From contig CAITGV010000002.1 in assembly GCA_903892035.1 (NCBI GenBank), positions 1,714 to 65,713 on the forward strand: a stretch of DNA of 64,000 nucleotides. The letters are read 5' to 3'. The stretch is from an uncultured bacterium (GTDB lineage: Bacteria; Patescibacteriota; Minisyncoccia; Phycocordibacterales; UBA9973). Within the stretch, counting starts at the first letter, position 1; every line of letters starts with the position of its first letter. A program made the position numbers and the translations under genes. Positions 59,281 to 64,000 of this stretch are shown in pieces. A model generated the notes under the pieces. That model was not told where the DNA came from. It ran no database searches and saw only the letters and a program-made list of their open reading frames with translations.

Positions 59281-61005
59281 TTATTTACAATATAATAACC
59301 ATAAAACTTCTTTTTGGTAACAACTTTCACAATAAATAATCTCTGGTCTGTCTGGCGAATAGGATGTCTCGAATTCATTCATACAACCATCATTCATACA
59401 TTGTCTATGCCAAAGTTTAATAGGATTGATTTTTTCAAGACGTTCAAAATGTCTACAATTTGAACATTTATTTGGAATTGGCAGATTAAATCTTTTATAA
59501 AATTGAAATTCTTGTGGAATAATTTTAAAAGCTGTGGCACATTGGTGATGACAACTTCCTTCGTCTTTACATCCAATCACCTCATTCATAATTTTTTCCT
59601 CAACATCATATATTTCTGGAATAGTGTCTGGCTGAAGCGTAATATTATATGATTTACTATCTTCAACTCTCCATGAATAATGTTTATTTTCAGCATCATT
59701 CTTATTCAGTGGGAAATATTCTTGTGCGACTGTTTCATTATATGCAAATGGAATAATAATATTTGGAAAAAATTCTCCATATTTATATTCTCTATTATTT
59801 TCAACATACCTAATAGTATTCATTTGTTCTATTATTTTGGGAACTAAAATAATATATTCCTCTTTTGTGTATTGTTTATTAAAAATACAATATGACTTTT
59901 TTCTTAAACTAATACACCCAAATAGGTACTCAGAATTATAACAATCGTCTGAATAATAAACATCATGACTAAAATATACGCGATTACAAAATGCCACACG
60001 ATTATCACCGAAACCACTGTGTATTTCATAACTTTCACTAGTTCCTACACCAACGTGGTCAACATCATATGTATCTTTTGCACCAGTTGGAACAAAAAAT
60101 GAATAACGGCAATTTTCATCATCTGTTGCAGAAAAACAATGTTTACAATCCTTTGTATGTTCTAAATCATCTCCAGTTGAATTATCTATATTTTTAACCC
60201 AAGCATATTTTCGAGGAAATTGTAGAGAATGTGTAATAAAATTGTTCTCTACACTTTCTATCCCCTGCAAAGTATCAAGTTTCATTGAATCTTTTATTTT
60301 TAAATATTCTTCTTTTGAATACTGAACATTATAAATGCAGTGAGATTTATTTCGTAAATTTGTACAACCAATACAATCAAAGCAATTTTTACATCCATAC
60401 AAAAACCAACTATCTACACAATCTTCAGAATAACTACTAAAGAATAGTCGACTAGATCTTTTTATATGCATTGATGCATAACAGTATTCACATTTGTTTG
60501 AAAAATCAACATCCACACAATCTTTCATATCAAAATTTTGAGCAGAGTAAGCACAATCCTCGTAATTTCTACCACCAAAACATAGATATGAATTATTTAC
60601 ATAAACCAATTGATTTGTGTATTCACTATTCACAGCAAAGTCTTGATACAAATTTCTTCTTGGAACTTTCTCCATTAATTCTTTAAACTGAGCGAAGAAA
60701 TTTTTTTCAAAATCATAATCAACTCCATATTTCATAGCATCCCAATTGTCAGATGAATAGCACTCATTGCAATAAACAACAAGTGGCTTGTCGGCACTAT
60801 ACATGGAAATCATTTTTTTATCACAAAGAACACATGCAGTTTTATACAATGATCTTTCGTTTCGAAATCTCATTCTCCTAACCATTCGACATTCCGGACA
60901 CCATGTCGGAGCAGGTACTTCAATTTTTTTGTAAAAATCAAAGTCATCGGATTCGATTGTGAAATCTATTTTACAGTTTTGACAATTTTTTATTTCTGAA
61001 TTCAT
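59281..61005 (-). CDS. Cys-rich zinc-ribbon repeat protein
   Basis: CQNC, PTWCPECR..RR, YCNEC, central CxxC/CFGC repeats, C-terminal YSPDRPE.IYCESCY. Confidence 0.8.
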   Translation of the reverse strand: MNSEIKNCQNCKIDFTIESDDFDFYKKIEVPAPTWCPECRMVRRMRFRNERSLYKTACVLCDKKMISMYSADKPLVVYCNECYSSDNWDAMKYGVDYDFEKNFFAQFKELMEKVPRRNLYQDFAVNSEYTNQLVYVNNSYLCFGGRNYEDCAYSAQNFDMKDCVDVDFSNKCEYCYASMHIKRSSRLFFSSYSEDCVDSWFLYGCKNCFDCIGCTNLRNKSHCIYNVQYSKEEYLKIKDSMKLDTLQGIESVENNFITHSLQFPRKYAWVKNIDNSTGDDLEHTKDCKHCFSATDDENCRYSFFVPTGAKDTYDVDHVGVGTSESYEIHSGFGDNRVAFCNRVYFSHDVYYSDDCYNSEYLFGCISLRKKSYCIFNKQYTKEEYIILVPKIIEQMNTIRYVENNREYKYGEFFPNIIIPFAYNETVAQEYFPLNKNDAENKHYSWRVEDSKSYNITLQPDTIPEIYDVEEKIMNEVIGCKDEGSCHHQCATAFKIIPQEFQFYKRFNLPIPNKCSNCRHFERLEKINPIKLWHRQCMNDGCMNEFETSYSPDRPEIIYCESCYQKEVLWLLYCK

Positions 61006-61053
61006 TAATTTTTGATATACCCGTTTTACGCTATCGCGATTTTGGGTATATTA

Positions 61054-62838
61054 CTAATTTATTATTGCCTTAATTCTTCTTACACCTTGAGATGAAGCTT
61101 CTTCTTTTTGGATTTTAAAGTGTCCGATTTCAGATGTATTTGTTATATGCGGACCTCCACAGAATTCGATGCTGACCCATGAGTTTCCCCTCTCATTTAC
61201 AAGGAGAGGGCTAGGGAGAGGTTCTTCTTGATTACCACTTCCGATAAAATACACACTCACAATTTCAGGGTATTTCGCGCCGAATTCCATTTCTGCACCA
61301 AGTTTTTCGGCTTCTACAAATGGCATTTCACGTCGGACAACATTTAATCCTTTAGCAATATTTACATTTACAATATCTTCCACTTTTTTCTTTTCTTCGT
61401 CTGTCATTTTTCGATCAAAAGAAAAATCCATACGAAGGCGCTCTTCGGTGATATTACTTCCACGTTGTTTTACACTTTTTCCAAGCACTTCTTGAAGTGC
61501 AGAGAGCAGTAAATGATGCGCTGTATGAAGACGTATCGTTTGTGGATTGTGATTCGCAAGTCCGCCCTTAAACATACCTGCTGAAGCAGTCTGAGAAAGT
61601 TTTTGATGTTCTGCCATTTTCTTTTCATAATCTTCCAAATCAACTGTCGTTCCTCTTTCTTTTGCCAACTCTTGTGTAAGTTCAATTGGAAAACCATATG
61701 TCGTCGCAAGCACAAATGGATCAATCTCCTTTTTAAATTCTTTCATTCCGTCTTCAACAGTATTTCTAAATTTATGAATTTCCGAAATAATTATCTCTAT
61801 ATTTTTTTGAGAATTTACTTGTGGATAAATAACTTTATATTTTTCAATAAATAACTTCAGTATTTCTTCTGTTAATGTTGCAGAAAATTGAAGTTTTAGA
61901 CTTCTAACAATTGCGCGACGAATCAATCTTCGTAATATATAGCCTCGATCCTTATTTGAAGGCATTACTCCATCAGAAACCAATAGAAGTGCAGTCCTAA
62001 GATGGTCAGTTATCACACGAGCGTAATTTTCATTATAATTCTTGGACTGCAATTTTATTTTTTCAATAACATCTGCAAGCATATCAGTATCATATGCCGT
62101 TTTTTTACCCTGCATTACTGCTGTGATGCGTTCGAGACCTGCACCTGTATCGACATTTTTTTGTGAAAGTTTACCAATTACTTTTCCGTCTTTTTTTTCA
62201 TATTCCATAAAGACATCATTCCAAATTTCAATGACATCTTCTTTTTTTACTGCATTCAAGAATTCTTCATGAGTAAGTTCGCCAATGTCGCCACTCATAT
62301 CATAAAACATTTCACTACATGGTCCACATGGACCATTGTCTCCAGGACTCCACCAATTGTCTTCGGCAGGCAATGCATAAATACGATTTTCTGGAATACC
62401 AGCTTTCATCCAAATATCTTTCGACTCTTGGTCAAAAGGGGCATTTTCATCACCTTGAAAAATTGTTATATATAAACGCTTTGAGTCAAGGCCTAAACCT
62501 TCGTCTTTTGAGGTAAGAAATTCATAACTCCAATTAATAGCTTCATTTTTAAAATAATCACCTAAAGACCAGTTGCCCATCATTTCAAAAAAAGAAAAAT
62601 GCCTATTGTCACCAATGTCATCTAGGTCACCAGTACGAACGCATTTCTGCACATCCACAAGTCGTTTTCCCATTGGATGATGCTCACCCAATAAATACGG
62701 AACGAGTGGTTGCATTCCAGCAGTATTAAAAAGCACAGAAGGATCATTTTCTGGAACAAGTGACGCAGATGGAATCACGGCATGACCGCGCTTTTTAAAA
62801 AATTCTATAAATCTGGTGCGTATTTCTTGTGATTGCAT
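61054..62838 (-). CDS. alaS: Alanyl-tRNA synthetase, minimal form lacking C-Ala (start ATG 62838)
   Basis: LFNTAGMQPL, FFEMMGN, GPCGPCSE, DTGAGLER, HTAHH and CGGPH editing motifs, ends at GVRRIKA. Confidence 0.96.
   Translation of the reverse strand: MQSQEIRTRFIEFFKKRGHAVIPSASLVPENDPSVLFNTAGMQPLVPYLLGEHHPMGKRLVDVQKCVRTGDLDDIGDNRHFSFFEMMGNWSLGDYFKNEAINWSYEFLTSKDEGLGLDSKRLYITIFQGDENAPFDQESKDIWMKAGIPENRIYALPAEDNWWSPGDNGPCGPCSEMFYDMSGDIGELTHEEFLNAVKKEDVIEIWNDVFMEYEKKDGKVIGKLSQKNVDTGAGLERITAVMQGKKTAYDTDMLADVIEKIKLQSKNYNENYARVITDHLRTALLLVSDGVMPSNKDRGYILRRLIRRAIVRSLKLQFSATLTEEILKLFIEKYKVIYPQVNSQKNIEIIISEIHKFRNTVEDGMKEFKKEIDPFVLATTYGFPIELTQELAKERGTTVDLEDYEKKMAEHQKLSQTASAGMFKGGLANHNPQTIRLHTAHHLLLSALQEVLGKSVKQRGSNITEERLRMDFSFDRKMTDEEKKKVEDIVNVNIAKGLNVVRREMPFVEAEKLGAEMEFGAKYPEIVSVYFIGSGNQEEPLPSPLLVNERGNSWVSIEFCGGPHITNTSEIGHFKIQKEEASSQGVRRIKAIIN
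61186..61223 (-). repeat. REP-like hairpin in-frame in alaS editing domain
   Basis: AACCTCTCCCTAGCCCTCTCCTTGTAAATGAGAGGGGA (CCCTCTC/GAGAGGG stem), encodes EPLPSPLLVNERG. Confidence 0.72.
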
Positions 62839-62839
62839 A

Positions 62840-63328
62840 TTAGTTTTCTCCATCTTTTTCATCTTCCTCGTTTAAGTATCCAGGAATTTTTTTAACTTGT
62901 TGTTCAATAAACCACATTACTATAAAAATAAATAAGGTTAAAACTGTAGCCATAAATGCCAAAGCATACTCACCAAAGCCAGCAGCCATACCAATACCCG
63001 CTGAAACCCAAAGACTACTAGCTGTGGTCAAACCTTTAACTTTTGAATTCTTAAATACAATAAGTCCTGCACCTAAAAATCCAACACCAGCAATAATCTG
63101 AGAAGGCATATGAAGTGGATCAATAGAACCAACTCCAGCATAAACCGTAGTCATAAGTTTAGAAATAATGACAAATAAGGCTGAACCCATCGAAACAAGT
63201 GCATATGTTCGCATTCCAGCTGTCTTGTGAGCATATATTCTCTCCGTTCCAATAATCATCCCTAGAAACATAGCCACAAAAAGACTTGTTAAAATTTCAA
63301 TATTTTCAGGTCCAAGTAATGTACTCAT
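62840..63328 (-). CDS. MgtC/SapB family membrane protein
   Basis: IGTER..AGMRT, QIIAGVGFLGAG, GLTTASSLW. Confidence 0.93.
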   Translation of the reverse strand: MSTLLGPENIEILTSLFVAMFLGMIIGTERIYAHKTAGMRTYALVSMGSALFVIISKLMTTVYAGVGSIDPLHMPSQIIAGVGFLGAGLIVFKNSKVKGLTTASSLWVSAGIGMAAGFGEYALAFMATVLTLFIFIVMWFIEQQVKKIPGYLNEEDEKDGEN

Positions 63329-63356
63329 TTTTTAATAATTAATTTATATGCGAAAA

Positions 63357-64000
63357 TTATATCACAATTCCCCCACCTAGGCACACTATATTTTCATATA
63401 AAACCACGGATTGCCCCGGGGAAACTAGAACATTATTTTTAAAAAATATTTTAATATTTTCTTTACTAACTTCAAGTATTTCACATTTTTCAAATTCACC
63501 ATGGTATCGAATCTGTGCAGTATATTTTTTTCCTAATACGGGTGGTTCATTTACAAATGATAAGTTTGAAATCGTAATACCCGCTTTATTGGCGGGCACA
63601 AGATTTTGAGATTTGAGTCCAACAGTTATTGTATTTTTCTTCATATCTTTACTAATTACATAATATGGTTTTGAATTACTATTTTTTGCTGTGATAGTAA
63701 AACCATGACGTTCACCAAGAGCAAAAACATATGCTCCATCGTGATTTCCAATAACTTCACCATTTTCATTCAATACATTACCTTTTTTATTTTTAATATA
63801 ATGCGATAAAAAATCTTTTACATCCAAATCTCCAAGCATACAAATACCCTGACTATCTTTTTTATTTGCTGTTGGTAATTTGAATTTCTTTGCCAAAACT
63901 CTAATTTGGCTTTTTTTGTATTTTCCAATAGGGAATAAAACATGAGACAAATCTTTATTATTTAATCTATATAAAAAATAACTTTGATCTTTGGTCTCAT
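63357..64000 (-). CDS. mnmA: tRNA 2-thiouridylase MnmA, C-terminal part
   Basis: KDQSYFL (upstream in frame), LFPIG, KKDSQGIC, QIRY, SPGQSVVLY..CLGGG. Confidence 0.95.
   Translation of the reverse strand, partial: ETKDQSYFLYRLNNKDLSHVLFPIGKYKKSQIRVLAKKFKLPTANKKDSQGICMLGDLDVKDFLSHYIKNKKGNVLNENGEVIGNHDGAYVFALGERHGFTITAKNSNSKPYYVISKDMKKNTITVGLKSQNLVPANKAGITISNLSFVNEPPVLGKKYTAQIRYHGEFEKCEILEVSKENIKIFFKNNVLVSPGQSVVLYENIVCLGGGIVI

Noticed and set aside
61015-61051. ATATACCC...GGGTATAT hairpin after alaS
   Set aside because: Short stem, single copy in window; cannot distinguish weak terminator from chance

Overview
AT-rich bacterial chromosome segment with the gene content and style of a Patescibacteria/CPR (Parcubacteria-like) genome, genetic code 11. 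It holds a proton-type F1Fo ATP synthase operon split by an inverted orphan gene, tRNA-Ile(GAT) with a decayed tandem copy, prfA/rpmE/rplY, a non-oxidative pentose-phosphate/sugar cluster, a HUH/Y1 REP-associated tyrosine transposase (RAYT), gatB/obg/MYG1, dnaK and grpE separated by a ~23 kb block (PaaX-like regulator plus three secreted proteins of 652, 4310 and 2288 aa sharing a C-terminal FN3-Gly-PG-binding module), the infA-alpha-L13/S9 ribosomal operon, a minimal alaS and part of mnmA. The most striking signal is a set of short palindromic elements inside coding sequence. One 23-bp hairpin (ACTTGGTAGTCGGAGTACCAAGT) lies over the RAYT promoter, twice in-frame inside the RAYT gene itself (both encoding LGSRSTKL), and as a perfect 44-bp head-to-head doublet in-frame in atpG. 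Other hairpin families sit in-frame in atpG, grpE, alaS and the PaaX-like gene, and one inverted-repeat element supplies the predicted prfA promoter. Also noted: pervasive leaderless-type promoters and a homopolymer tract in the promoter of a giant surface protein. All product calls come from motif recognition by eye; no database searches were run.
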